Shown here piece by piece: positions 26,463 to 40,894 of a stretch of DNA of 64,000 bases. The notes below the pieces were generated by a model. That model saw only the letters and a program-made list of their open reading frames with translations, was not told the DNA's origin and made no database searches. Position 1 is the first letter of the stretch. The number at the start of each line of letters is the position of its first letter. The position numbers and the translations under genes were made by a program. The DNA lies in assembly GCA_951406725.2 (NCBI GenBank), contig OX597819.1, positions 4,030,001-4,094,000 of the forward strand, read 5' to 3'. The DNA comes from Octopus vulgaris. Lineage: Eukaryota.

Positions 26463-29400
26463 GTTTGTGTGTGTGTGGAGGGGTGCATGTATGTATGTAG
26501 GTACGTGTAAGCATATCTAGGATTTTGAAAGTTTACAAATGTATGAATTTGTTAAAGGTGCACTGATCTTTAGAGCTGGTATTATATTATGTATCTTTCC
26601 TTCGTGCAAAATCAAATGAAGGAAGCGAGTTAAAATAAAGCATGATTTAGGTTACAAAAAGAATTCTAAAGAAATAAACATGTGAAATAATAAAATTTCT
26701 CTTAATCAACTCCTGAAGTGAGATATAAATAAATGTATAAATCTTGATTCATGATTTTCTAATTTCCGGATGTTTTCTAGAAATTCTTTCTGCAACAAAA
26801 TAACACCTTTTTTTAACGCTCCTGAATTTACCCGGAGCAATCTTAATTTGTTAACCAAACTAAAGCATTCTATCCAAATAAACAGCCGTAAGGGAAACTG
26901 TAGGCAATCTTTTTAATATTTTCTATTTCTTTTAAAAACTTTACACTTCAAACCTATCTAATATTTGTTGTTGAAAAATACATATAATGCTTATTTGTGA
27001 AGCTAACATCTTTATATATTCAAAATCTAAAAGTGTTCGAGTGTTCATATTGTTGCTGTAATAAGATGCAGTATATAAATGCCTGTAGTTTATAGAACAC
27101 TTGGGTTATGAACTGAAAGGATGGCTAGTACGGATGATAATGCTATTTCATACCACTTTATACGTCACTACTTTAAGATTGCAAAATATACCACCAGATC
27201 ACACCAGTCGCACACTGACGTATACAAAATTGAGAGCATCATAGTTCGAACACTTACACCAACATCTACTGACACACCCAACATTAAAAATAACCATCAT
27301 AATCACTCTGATACTTCAAAACACAACACTACAACTAGCAACTTCACATCACCATCAAAACAATCTTTGCCACTATCATTAACGCTTCAATTAACATTAT
27401 GAAGTCAATGAAAATGCATTCAGTGCAGACAGTAGCAACCTAATTAAAGATGCTTTACTATTATGATCTGAAATCACATTATAGTCAATCTGGTCTTTCA
27501 TCTTTGGGAATCAACAAAAATAAATACTAAAACATACTAGTTCATATTACATTGTCAGTAAACTTCTCTCTATAAATTTCACTTTGTTTTCTAAAGAAAA
27601 TAGCCATTATTGAATAGGTTTAGTCAACTAGTTTCGCCTTTAATCTGAATTACATAAATGACCGAACCGTAAAGATAGAAGTAGAATGTACCAGGTCACT
27701 GTTCATTGAGCTATCTTTAGAAACATTACATAATTGTTTCCAGTGTAGACGATTTAGCTATAAAAAGGTTCAGGACAAAAGTAGTGTTCAACACTGTACG
27801 CTTTGAATGAATGATGTTTTTTTTTTTCGTTAGTTTGAGTACATGAAACAGGAGTTATATAAAACAGATAAATACGCGGCGTATGACATTGCTGAAATGA
27901 TGTTTAACCGAATATCTCCACTAAAACTCAGCCTCTGCTTTGTATTGAATCAATGACAAAATGCCATGATTTAGTCACAAAGTAAAGTAATGTCTAATTA
28001 TCTGTTTACCCTTGCTATGGTTCCTCAACAGTATGCAACTCCATCCATAAGGATTCTTATTCTTTACATGGGTTTCCCTTCCCCCTTGTCATCTTTCTCT
28101 ATATTTATGAAGTGGAAAGTTACTGTCAGAAGTTCTTTTGTTTCCAATCGTTATTAGCCACAGTGCACTTAACCTGAAGACAAGCGAGAAAAAGAAAATC
28201 GGGTCCATTAAATCCGGCCGTAATTGTATGTCTTCCGTAGAAATGATTTAGTTCAACCGCATTACATCGTTTAAGGAACCATGAAATAAACGGAGATATT
28301 AAGTATTTAGCGGAATCAAAATTTAGTTGAAAAGAAACTTAATCGAAATCTTGATTTTCTTTGGCTTCACTTGATCGAAGCATTCCATTGTAAATTGCAT
28401 ATAAAAGTCCTCCAAAGCGATTCATTATGTCTAAGAACAAGGTGATTGTAGATGTAACTTAGGCTGACTCCCTTCTCAAGTCATAAGGTTGGGCGTTTTA
28501 CAAACCACTTCCCTTTTATATGTGTTAAACACTTAAATATCTTAGACTAAGAATGAATGCTGTGATACTTCTGTTATTATTTCTATTGTAATTGATGTTC
28601 TCCGATTGTTTTGACAGATCGGGTGTTTTAGGAAGCATATATAAAAGCCAGAGCATAATAATGTTTATAGTACCTTCAGCATTTACAGGGTAACAGGTAC
28701 AAAAACTATTTTTGCTTTATTTTTTACCACTCATGAAGGCTCCAAGCTTCCCCCTTCTTTCCTTTTTATTTCTTCTCACGTCTACATTTAAAGAATTAAA
28801 AGAGGCTTTTTACATTAAGCACATGTTAGAGACTTGTAAATGGATTACAAGTGTGAAATGTGCGTGCGCGTGCATTCACGCATTGATGTGAGTATATACC
28901 GTGTATGTGTAAGTAAAAGTGTATTACTTTCTGTATGTAGGAAAAGGATGCCGAGCACATATATCTATATCATCCTCAACTGATGTGTATTTCCATATGG
29001 ATGGAAGAGACTAGAACATCAAAGACCTTTTGTGTTATTGCAAAATGCCAGACTTAGACGGCAGTGACGTTTACTTAATGAAAACATTAAAAATCATTAG
29101 ATTTCCTTTTAGGCTTAACCTGACAGTTCTACTTTCACTTATTTCCCCCCACAATACCAGTTCGCTCTGTAAGAGGGGGTAGGAAAATGGCTCATTTGAC
29201 AAATAAAAAGTTTCAATCTTAATAATATAAGCTTATAGCCTCATATAATCAATAAGATAAATTCCAGTAATACCCACATGTCAGTCATCAAAGCTAACGA
29301 CTTTCTGTTTCTGAGTAGGGGATAGTGAAATAGGAGCCCCTACTAAAGCTTGTCTATAACCAACAATTTTGGTTACTTTTATCTTAATGCACTTTTTCTT

Positions 29401-30431
29401 ATTGTGTTTCGTCCTTCCTCTTTCGTAAGCCCTTTGACCACTTGCCCTTCTTTATACATTATTATTATTAGTTCCCCAACCCAATCCTTTGGACATTTTC
29501 TATTTCACTTCATCTTAATACATCATACTATTGTATTCTTTTTCTTTATTTTTCCTTTCTAGTTTCACTCAAGTTCTTATTCTTCCCTTATTATTTCCTG
29601 GCTCTTTTCATTTGTTTGCCTCTGATCTCTCATCCAAAGCTCTGTAGAAGTAAATGTACAGCTGCAGAAAATCACTTTCTCCTCCTTTAATTCACTTCCA
29701 TTTCCTCATATAACAGTATTTTCTCTACTCGTTTACAATCCCTTTTCCACGAACACTTTCCAGTTCCTCTCTAATTGAATGAGGTCCCCTGAAAATTATC
29801 CACAAGTATATAAGGAGGTTCACTAGTAAAGTACGTTTGACTTTGGCTTTCAAGTCATGAGTCATATCTTCTAGGACACTTGAGAGCAAAGCTTTCATCT
29901 AATTTTTCCTCCGGCGATGACCAGGAAATACTTCTGAAAGTATGTCCAATAATTTAATAATGTTTAACAATAATAATACCAAATTGTTATCATTTCCATT
30001 GGCAGTTCTTCATACTCCCAAAAGTCGTTACGATAGATTGCCGCAATAAAAACTTTATAGTTTTTAGATTCGCTCATCCAGATTCTGCGATGCAATATAC
30101 AACAGCCAATTTTTATTTCTGAAGAATAACTAGCTGCAAGTATTTCAAAACAGCAGAACTGTTTCTCGAGAATTGGAAATCTACGTAACAGAAATGTCAA
30201 TGTAAAATATGTTAAATTTTAAAACAGGAGTAAATTCATTGCATAACACATATAACAGTATATAAATTTCAATGTTAGCATATAAACCGTATGCTTTATG
30301 ATTTAAACTGTAACACGGGACACTTAGGTACAGCATCTTCTTGCACTGTGATAAAATATTGCAACTCAATTCGTGCAGAATATGAAACAAAACATAACTT
30401 CAGTTAGTGCTTTTACAGTTTTCAAACAAAC

Positions 30432-30500
<69 letters not shown>

Positions 30501-31421
30501 GCTAAGTAATGACAGAATGATAGTTGAAGTCTTAAACAAGCCAAAATCTAGGACATAAGGTGCAGCAATCTAAAAATAAACTGAGGACAGATACTGGTTT
30601 TTGAAAAAAGTTTGGAATGAACAGTTAAAATTTTAAACCCGGGGATGATGATTTTATTCGTACCAACATCATATCCTTTCTGTCAACAAAAAGAACGTGA
30701 CAATACTAAAATGTCGCAAACAACCCCTTCATCCAGGCTGAGAAAGTTAAGCAAGTTGATGGACTTAGGACCGCTATTATTACTTATTAAGCATAAACAT
30801 AAAAGAGAATTGAGAGGTGTGAAACATTATTAATGTAAGAGAATAAACTCGAACACAGTCGTCTGTTCATTATAACAAGCTTTTAAGCAATGATTTTCTC
30901 CGTCTAAACGAATATACTTCCATTTGTGTACGTGCAAGCGTTTGTATGTGTGCCTGTTCGTGTGTACGTCCCTGCGTGCGTGCATATGAACGAAGGTATG
31001 TTTTTTAGCGGATTGAAATAACAAAGAGATATTCGTTGAATGACAACAAATATGCTGAGTCATCAGAACTGCAGAAAATCCGTTTGCTTCAGCATTAAGG
31101 TGTCATTCCTCATCAACAATATCTTGTTTTGTTCTTTTTTCGTTTTTTTTTCATAGCTACTCTGTCCCACCCCATCACTAAGTTGATGACACCTCCATGT
31201 TGTGATCTTGTGTTTATCATGTCACAGATTTTGACTGTAGATCAGGAGCTGCAACTGTTTATTAATAGTTCAAGTTTCTGAAATTGTCGTTCTATATAAT
31301 CTTCGTCGTCAAGAGAACGGTCTGTTTTCCTTTGCATTTCAGCCAGTGATGGTAATAGTTCTTTGCTGATAAGTAACAGCAGAATAAGTAATTATTGTTA
31401 ACATCATCATTATTATTATTG

Positions 31422-31478
<57 letters not shown>

Positions 31479-31490
31479 CTTTTTTTCTTC

Positions 31491-31555
31491 TTTCAAATTT
31501 GCTTCCATTTCTTGCCGAGTGTCTTCCCGACTCCTAGGGCAAAGAAACTCATAGT
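31491..31555 (-). mobile_element. Short 3'-UTR fragment of the same R4/Dong-like element, in (TAA)n
   Basis: Near-identical to 31600-31664. Confidence 0.7.
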
Positions 31556-31599
31556 ATATTATTATTATTATTATTATTGTTATTACTTTTTTTTTTCTA

Positions 31600-32077
31600 C
31601 TTTCAAATTTTCTTCCATTTCTTGCCGAGTGTCTTCCCGACTCCTGGGGCAAAGAAACTCATAGTGTATATTGGTAGGCCATTAAACCAAACTCAGTAGT
31701 TCGTTCATTTTTTTAATTTTTTTTTTTTAAAGTTAAATTAAAATACATGAGCAGCAACAGTTCTCACATCGACAATGCTCTTCTCAATACGTGTGATGTA
31801 CCAGTTAAGACAATCTTTTGCACTTCTTGCAGGGATGGTAAGCCAGGGATCATTCTCATATAATTTTCGGTCCCCTTCTTGATCATTCCTAGTGCTCCTA
31901 CGATCACTGGTATTGTAACCACCGCCTTGAGATGCCACATTTTCTCAATTTCAATGAGTAGGTCTTTATATTTTCTGAGCTTGTCAAACTTTTTCGCTGA
32001 GATATTATGATCACAGGGGATGCTCATGTCGATCAATAAGCAAACTTTATTGTTTTGGTCTTTCACAACAATATCTG
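31600..32077 (-). mobile_element. 5'-truncated R4/Dong-like non-LTR retrotransposon: restriction-like endonuclease C-terminus (stop at 31764-31766) plus 3' UTR
   Basis: DIVVKDQNNKVCLLIDMSIPCDHNISAKKFDKLRKYKDL..IPVIVGALG..LQEVQKIVLTGTSHVLRRALSM is an RLE PD-(D/E)xK-type domain. It ends near (TAA)n, the known Dong-type target. Confidence 0.85.
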
Positions 32078-32219
32078 AAAGATGCCTGTCACATATATGC
32101 GTGGGTGTATTTGTCACCAACCGATGTTGGAGTGTTTACGTCCCTGTATCTTAGCGTTTTAGCAAAAGAGACCGGTAGAAAACGAACCAGGTTTAAAAAA
32201 AACGTCCTGAGATTTTCAG

Positions 32220-32260
<41 letters not shown>

Positions 32261-32261
32261 C

Positions 32262-32685
32262 AAGACCGCGAGCTTGCAGAATCGTTAGTACACTAGACAA
32301 AAGGCTTAGCGGCATTTCGCCCGTCGCTACTTTCTGAGTTCAAATACCGTCGTGGTCGACTTTACCTTTCATCCTTTCCGGGTCGATAAATTAAGTAGCA
32401 CTTGAGTACTGGGGTCGATGTAATCGATTATCTCCCTCCCCGAAATTTCAGGCCTTGTGCCTATAGTAGAAATGATTATTATTATTGTTGTTGTTGCTGT
32501 TAAGGTGGCGAGCTGGCAGAATATCTAGCAGTATTTCGCCTGTGGCCACGTTCTGAGTTCAAATTCCGATGAGGTCGACTTTGCCTTTCGGGATCGATAA
32601 ATTAAATACCAGTTACGCACTTGTGTCGATGTAATCGACTGGTCCTCTCCCCCAAATTACAGGCCTTGTGCCTATAGTAGAAAGG

Positions 32686-32688
<3 letters not shown>
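32262..32688 (+). mobile_element. Two tandem family B SINEs
   Basis: GAGTTCAAAT..GGTCGACTTT(A/G)CCTTTC..GTCGATAAATTAA in both; (ATT)n tails. Confidence 0.85.
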
Positions 32689-32902
<214 letters not shown>

Positions 32903-33384
32903 TAAAAACATTGCTGAGGTCAACTTTGTCCTTGTTCCGTCTGGGTTCGATAAAATAAAGTACCACTAAAATCCTGGAGCCTAACCCTCTTCCTCGGGCG
33001 ACTAAGCCCCTTCTCCGTAAAACTGCTGGCTGGCCCTTTGTCAATGTTGAAACCATTATTATTGCTGTTGTCCTTACTGTTGTCGTCGTCGTTGGTGTAT
33101 CTTTTTCAACTGCTCCAGCATGGATTATCTGAAATCTTATAAAATTTAAGTGACTTTTCGTTTTTCATCTCGTTTGCAATTAACTGCAGAAATGTGAGTG
33201 CTAAGTTTCTGTTTTTCTTTCCTCTTATTAAATGAAATAAAAGATGCAGATATTTTGAACAGTTTTTTTTTTTGCGTCAATCCCACTTGCAAACGCTATT
33301 TACCAAATTTTGCTGCATTTTGTACAAAAAAAAAAGACTCAAAATCAAAACGTTAGGAAAATATAACTGAAGAAAGCAAGGATG

Positions 33385-33715
33385 CTTTGGGAATTTTGTT
33401 TCCTACCACATGGTCTCGAGTTCAGTCTCAGTGCGTTGTACCTTGGGCAAGTGTCCTCTAATATATCCTCGGGACGACCAAAACATTGTGAGGGGATTTG
33501 ATAGACGGAAACTGAAAGAAGCCTGTCACATATATGCGTGGGTGTATTTGTCCCCAACCGATGTTGGAGTGTTTACGTCCCTGTATCTTTGCGTTTTAGC
33601 AAAAGAGACCGGTAGAAAACGAACCAGGTTTTAAAAAAACGTCCTGAGATTTTCAGATTGGTGCTCCAGTATAGCTGCAGTCTAATGACTGACACTAGTA
33701 AACGATAAAAGATAA
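33385..33715 (+). mobile_element. Diverged family A SINE
   Basis: GTACCTTGGGCAAGTGTCCTCTA..GACGGAAACTGAAAGAAGCC..GGTGCTCCAG..CAGTCTAATGACTGA. Confidence 0.8.
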
Positions 33716-33899
33716 AATTTAAGTCCAGTCTTTTTAGTATAAATCTTAGTGAACTTACCGAAACTTGACGACTTGCTTAACAATAATATCAATAACGCTT
33801 GGACAGAAACGTTGTCCCTATTACATAAAGAAAAGTAGCTACGTGGTAAAATTTTGCAAGAAATCAAAGGGATTTCTATTGGCTATTTTTGTTGTTTAC

Positions 33900-35000
33900 G
33901 ACAACAGTGGAAGTCATCTACATGTATCGCCAAAAATAGCGCGATTTGGTTCATAGTCTCGAAGAACTAACTCTAACGTGTGAAGCAGTTCTTTTAACTC
34001 GCCCATTGATCAAAGAAGAACAAATAGACCTGGTGTTGAGTTAGAAAACTGAGAAAAGGGTGAAGGGGAAGCTGATAATCCCACTGATACACTTACAGTG
34101 GTGCCGTCACATTAAGGTCAGCAAAATATGAAAGTCAGTTGCAAGGCATTCACAATACTTTACCAGCCGGAGAATTGGTTGGAAACAAAATTCGCATTCT
34201 ACGGAGGGTTAGAGTGATCGTGGTCGGGGAACGACTTCTGTGGATGCCGAGAACAGTTCAAGTAGTCTCTTAGGATATACAGATCGAAAATTATCGATGA
34301 CTTTTAAAAGTCTTGGGCAGGTATAAATCAATTTCACCGACTACAGTGCTCAACTGGTACTTAATTTATCGATCCCGAGAGGATGAAAGGCAAAGTCGAC
34401 CTCGACAGGATTTGGACTCAGAACGCAAAGACGGACGAAATTAAGCATTTTCCTCACCATGGTAACGATTCTACCAGTTCGTCGCCTTCCCAAATGTTGA
34501 TATTACAATGCCACAGGGGTGCAATAGTTTCTCGAAACAAGCTCAAGGACATGGAAGTGTTACCAACCAGACCTGTCCTAGATGCGCAGGGAATAACGAA
34601 ATGTTCTGCATTCTATCGTTAGGTGACTTGTTAGCTTATAGACCTGTGTCGAACTGCTGTTGTCGTGTCTGGGACAAAACCGGCTATCAGCTTAGTCAAA
34701 CTAAAAATCAATGCACCACCTTCCATCAGCAAGGAAATGCAACATGCCCTCCTCTCCTTGATGGCTTTAGTGGAGACGTCTGCATGGTTTGCAGACTGGC
34801 ATTTTTCTCATGAATTTCTTCAAATAGTACTTGAGGAGAAAGGTGATGGTACAGAGAACAGTGCTACCTGCTAGTGCTTTTCAGGAAACGCAGGTGGTAG
34901 TTGCAAGGTAGATTAAGCTGAACCTTGAGTATGCTTCTCTATGCAGAAGAAAAAACCTGGATGAGAGCAATTTTAATTTTCCCTTTCCCCCAAATTATCC
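33900..35000 (+). pseudogene. Decayed Tx1/L1-like LINE ORF2 C-terminus, interrupted by a family B SINE
   Basis: Frameshifted RNKL/QGHGSVTNQTCPRCAGNNE resembles the C-terminal CxxC..E zinc knuckle of Tx1-type ORF2; boundaries approximate. Confidence 0.45.
34325..34488 (-). mobile_element. Family B SINE (partial)
   Basis: AACTGGTACTTAATTTATCGATCCCGAGAGGATGAAAGGCAAAGTCGACCTCG. Confidence 0.85.
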
Positions 35001-35169
35001 TATATGTCTTTCCTCCTAATTTGAGAGATATTTTGTTGAAGCTTTTATTATGTCTTCCGTTGATTTTGCTGTCTTCTTTTACTCAATGTACTTTTGTAAC
35101 GCTACATAGTCCTTGTAATGTCTTTAAGGTATTATGTTTTTAGGGCCAATAAGAGAATTGTCTATTGTC

Positions 35170-35390
35170 AGGCATCGAACTGGTAGAATAATTATCGCAC
35201 CGGACGAAATGCTCAGCGGCACTTCTTTCAACTCTTTATGATCCGAGTTCAAATTCCACCGAGGTCGACTTTGCCTTTCATTCTTTCAGGGTCGATAAAA
35301 TAAGTATCAGTCGTGCACTGAGATCGATGTAACGGACTAGCACCCTCCCCGAAAATTGCTGGCCTTATGCCAAAGTTTGAAACTAATATT
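35170..35390 (+). mobile_element. Family B SINE
   Basis: GAGTTCAAATTCCACCGAGGTCGACTTTGCCTTTCATTCTTTCAGGGTCGATAAAATAAGTA. Confidence 0.85.
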
Positions 35391-35978
35391 TAGTAAACTC
35401 ATAAATCTTCCAAGCTCGAACCTCACTCAAGTTCTGTCTAACCTTCCTCCTTTGTGGTTAGTAAAACAATATACCAATGAAGAAGTAACTAATATTTGAA
35501 CGACTGTTTCCTCTTTCAAAATGTGTAGAATTATGTCTCAGAAATAATAGTTTTAGTTGTAGAATATTCGTAAGAGGAACTGAGCTCAGGTGAAGCGAAC
35601 AATATTCGCAGACTGTCTGTAACTTTAACTTGTATGTATTTCCTCATACACCTGAAAGAAACTGACTGGAATTGTTTATAAACGTGTGTAATTGATTACA
35701 ACACATGCATACACACAGGCGCATACATATACACATACACATATACATATATGTATACATACGTACTCCACCCATGCATATATATACATTGACACATACG
35801 TAAACACACACACATACATACACAACAAATCCACACACGCGTACACATGTTGATATATATATATATATATATTTTTTTTTTTTGTCTCTAATTTATATAA
35901 TATATATATATATGTATATACTCACTATTCACTTACACACACATACAACTACATCTATCCATATATTATAGGTATGCA

Positions 35979-36014
<36 letters not shown>

Positions 36015-36972
36015 GTGCAAACATGCTATATTCTTCTCAACTCCTCAGTGCTTGACTAATGAATGGAATAACACTTCAAAGATCATCACTCTTACTTGTC
36101 AAATGTTTGAGTCATCAGTGTTTATCACGTGACTATCATAAATTCTAAAACTTTTCAACGTAATTCAAGCGACTGAATTTTCTTTTCTCTATTTTCCCCT
36201 ACATATCAAGCGAACCAAACGATCAACAGTATCAAAAGACGTGGATGGAAAGTGAAGGGGAGAAACATCGCTCTTTATATTCTTTAGTATTCTTTCCTTT
36301 ACTATCACCAATATGCCAAAATGTTTGCATGTGTGGATCACCGTGTGAGTAATAGTGTGTATCATAGATTAAGGTCCTACGAAACTTATAAGTTAAAAAA
36401 ATGTTCTTCATGCAAGTTGAGTCATATCAGCGGTGAACTGTGGGTTTTCAGCCGTGAACATTTGCCACTTCAGTAGAGTAGAAACTGTTTTTACAAGACA
36501 TCTTTAACTCTTTCATGAGTCAACATATTCTAAACAACAATTTAATTTCTCATACACAAAACTTTTTATTTATTTATTTATTTATTTGATTGATTGATTT
36601 ATTTTCTGATTCGTAAAGTAAAGGAATTTGTCTTGAGTTCGAATATTTCTTAGATGCGAACGGCATAATTCATTATAAACTGGACTTCAACCAAACAAAT
36701 GAGTCTAGAAAAGATGCCCTACTCATATATTGCTTTGCCTAACATTTTTTCTCGCAGGGTTAAATCTGATCTTCCCATTATTATTATTTTTTTTTTCTTT
36801 TTTGACATTACTTAATTGGTATTAGCTAAACACATTATAATGTATTAAGGTTAACCCAGATCTTTCTTTGTCACGCCAAAATAAATAATTATAACTCCAA
36901 ATAGATAGGCTTGGATTTCGACATGGGTAATTTCTAGCTCGTTTGACGTACTAACACCAAACGGTTTCTCTT

Positions 36973-37033
<61 letters not shown>

Positions 37034-37470
37034 TTTCTATAAATGTGAATGTGCGTATGTGTACACATACACAAACACAAACACCCCCCCACACACACAC
37101 GGTGAGTGAGAAAGAGAGAAACAGGCAGACGGATTGTCAAAGTGAACCGCTTGGCAGTAGTGCGCTGAACAAACTGGAAATTGCCCGTACCGAAATCCAA
37201 GCCCATCTATTTTAAATTATAATTATTTCTTTGTGTGCGTGTGCAAGTGTGTGTTTGGGTGGGGGTAGTGCGTGTATTTTCTTATTAGTGTATATTTATA
37301 TATGTATTTTCGCGCACTATTCCTTACTTCTTTTTCTTAAACCATAATAACTGACAGGTACAGTAAATATTTTGTCTTCACGGCACAATGCAATGAATGT
37401 GGCAAGTTATTACGTGTTAGTTGTTTAACTTGGTAGTTCAGATCTTATCCATTTGGTCATCCAGTGCGGC

Positions 37471-37532
<62 letters not shown>

Positions 37533-38033
37533 TCTATAAAGTTAAACACATAATGGAAGATCAACTGTGTATTGGCTAAGTCGTTAACATATTTTCTTAC
37601 GGACGAGTAGGTAGCGAACGCTACATTGTCGTGATAAGCTCCTGGCGCTTCGAATCCACAACCTCATTTCAATTTTTGTTTGAAGTCAAATGACTTCACG
37701 AATGTCACTAGAGAAAGATGTTGCTAAAGACTTCAACAGCACAATATTTCAATTTTGCCACTCCTCATGTGTACATAGTCTTTGCCTCGTTAAAAAATTA
37801 AAAACCAATGTTTTAATATAGTTAGACATAAAAGCGCTCTCACCTGGCAGTCTGTGATATAAGTAGATTGTAAAAACTCTTACCTGAAAGAAAGCAAAGA
37901 AAGACTTGGTAAGAAAACAAATATATTTTCATCAAAATGACAGGAAATCAAAAGAGGACATCACAATTTTATTAAAGACGAGTCTCCCCAAACCTAATCA
38001 TCTGAATACATACAGACAAGCATATATATATAC

Positions 38034-38134
<101 letters not shown>

Positions 38135-38751
38135 AAACACAATGGGAATAGAGTGAAATTTCCAATAAATCAAGTGTTTTAAGAGTTGCAAGTATTGTAT
38201 ACAAGATAATAAATACATTGCTTTGATCTAAGAAGACTGGTAATTCCCCTAAGGCTAAACTAACATTATCACATTCAACAGTGATTTACAGGACATCTAA
38301 AGTAAATATATTCCAATTTATAGGAATAATAAACATCAAAATACACAATATATAAATTGAAATGGTAACGAGAAACCATAAATATGCATTTCTGTTTCGT
38401 GTTGTGCAACGTTAAAAATACAGCCTTACAATATGTTCTTAATAGTTTACTGTGGAAATTTTCTCATTTGTTGATATTATTTATTGTATGAATGAAAGTG
38501 TACAAAACGAAAATAAAGGTTATGTCATTTTTAAGGTTTGATTAGAAATCATTTAATGGCTACATCTGGAAATAGAAAGTAGATCGTAGACCAGTGATCG
38601 TAGAAAACCTAATTGTATAGCAACGCTTGTTCAATAGTATATTATTCATCAAATATTGTGTAAATGGCTAGTTATAAGGAGTTTCAGCTAAAGCTAGTTC
38701 TATAGGTGTTCTGATGTACTGCACAGTCTGTTATTTCTTAATGGTATCGAA

Positions 38752-38782
<31 letters not shown>

Positions 38783-38786
<4 letters not shown>

Positions 38787-40375
38787 ATCATCATCATGAC
38801 TCGGCTTCGCGAACGAAGATCAGGAAGGCTGTCCACGTCGCGTGCATGCACGCTCATGACTGAGAAGTCTGATTTGGGAAAGGCAGGTCTGTGAGCAGTG
38901 TCCACGGAGGAAGGTAACATCCGATGTGGTGTCAGAGGCGGCTCACGCCTTCCTCCTGCGTCTCTTGTCTTTAAGTGCGTCTCTTCTTTGTTCATAAAAC
39001 TTGCTGATTGCGTTGAAGATCGTGTAGCGCCAGACATCACGGTCCGCAGCTAGGTCTGACAAGCATTGGGGGTTAATTTGACACGCTGTTAGAGACTTCT
39101 TGAGGCAGTCTCTGTAGCGCTTCCTCGGAGCTCCTCTCACTCGGTGGCCGGTGGAGAGTTCGCCAAACAGGGCAATCTTTGGAAGGCGATGGTTCTCCAT
39201 TCTGGAGACATGCCCTGCCCATCGGAGGTGGTACTTCAGTAGCGTAGCTTCAATGCTAGGGATCTCGGCCCGCTCCAAGACTTCAGTGTTTGTGACGAAG
39301 TCACTACAGTGAATGTTGAGGATGGTGCGGAGACATCGCTGGTGGAAGCGCTCGAGGAGACGGATGTAACTGCGGTAAGTGATCCAGGTCTCTGAGCCGT
39401 AGAGAAGAGTGGTGAGAACCACGGCCCTGTAGACACTGATCTTTGTTTTGTTCCTCAGGCCACCATTGTGCCAAACACGTTTGTACAACCTGCCAAAGGA
39501 GCTATTTGCCTTAGAAAGTCTATTGTTAATTTCCTTGTCAATCCTTGCATCGGATGAGAGGATGCAGCCCAGGTATGTAAACTGCTGTATTGATTTCAGT
39601 TCGGTACCGCAGATAGTGATGTGGGGTGGGCGGTATTCTTCTTGGGGTGTAGGTTGGTGAAGCACCTCCGTCTTCTTGAGGCTGGCCTCCAGGCCAAAGA
39701 GCTGCGAGGCGTCTGCAAAGCAGGCCGTGATACGCTGCAGAGAAGGTCTTGGTGTGGGCTTGGAGGCGCTGTAGATTGAAGAGACTGCCATCCAGACGAT
39801 ACCTAACATACACCCCATCCTCATCTTCCATATTTTCAGTTGCATGCTTGATCATCATGCTGAAGAAGATACTGAAGAGAGTTGGTGCCGGGACACAACC
39901 CTGCTTCATGCCGTTGGAAATGGGGAAGGGCTCCGACAGGTCAGCATTGAGTCTGATCTGACCACGCTGATTCTCGTGCAGCTGGATCACCATCTGTAGA
40001 AACTTGGTGGGACAGTCAAGTCGTTCCAGGATGAGCCATATTCCTGTCCTGCTCACTGTGTCAAATGCTTTTGTAAGGTCGACGAAAGTAACATAGAGTC
40101 CGCTGTTTTGTTCTGGGCAGTTCTCCTAGAGTTGGCGGAGGACGAACACCATATCCGTTGTGCCTCTTGGCTCTGAACCCACACTGGCTCTCGGGTAGCT
40201 TTTCTTCAGCGATGGTTGGTACTAGCCTATTGAGCAGGATCCTGGCAAGGACTTTGCCGGCTATGGAGAGTAGGGTGATTCCCCGGTAGTTGGAGCAGTC
40301 AGACCTTTCACCCTTGTTCTTGTACAGGGTTATGATGACGGCGTCGCGAAGATCCTGTGGCAGCTTGTTCTGCTG
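38783..40375 (-). mobile_element. 5'-truncated RTE-clade LINE (reverse transcriptase pseudogene)
   Basis: GC-rich island. NYRGITLLSIAGK, ESQCGFR, FVDLTKAFD, NGMKQGCVPAPTLF, FTYLG, LLYGSETW, LRWAGHV and C-terminal HCSQTC..SHERAC; frameshifts present; (ATG)n 3' tail abutting (TA)n. Confidence 0.95.
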
Positions 40376-40410
40376 TCCGATGAACGGCAACGCGAAACTC
40401 AGAGTAACAG
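40373..40410 (+). ncRNA. Mutated minimal hammerhead ribozyme motif at the RTE 5' truncation junction
   Basis: CUGU - CCGAUGA (U4C) - ACGGCAACGC (damaged stem II) - GAAA - CUC/A/GAG - UA - ACAG. Confidence 0.5.
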
Positions 40411-40442
40411 GTTTTGTTGAATTTTCTGCTGCTTTAAATAAA

Positions 40443-40536
<94 letters not shown>

Positions 40537-40793
40537 GTATGTATATATATTTATATACACAAGGAATCTACACTTTTGTTCCTGTCGAATTCTTGTCCAT
40601 TATTTTGTGGCTCTCTAATGCGCTGAATCGTCACCCTAGGTGTAGATTCCTTATGTGTATATAAATATACACTATCGTATAATTAATATATAGTCTTTTT
40701 GACAAATTTTTTGCACGTTAGACCACTGGAAATGTAAATTTTGATTGAATAATTTAAATTTAATTAAATTCCATTTCCCTTTTGATATGATAC

Positions 40794-40854
<61 letters not shown>

Positions 40855-40894
40855 CTAGCTTAATATATACATACTAGCTTAAGATGAATACAAA

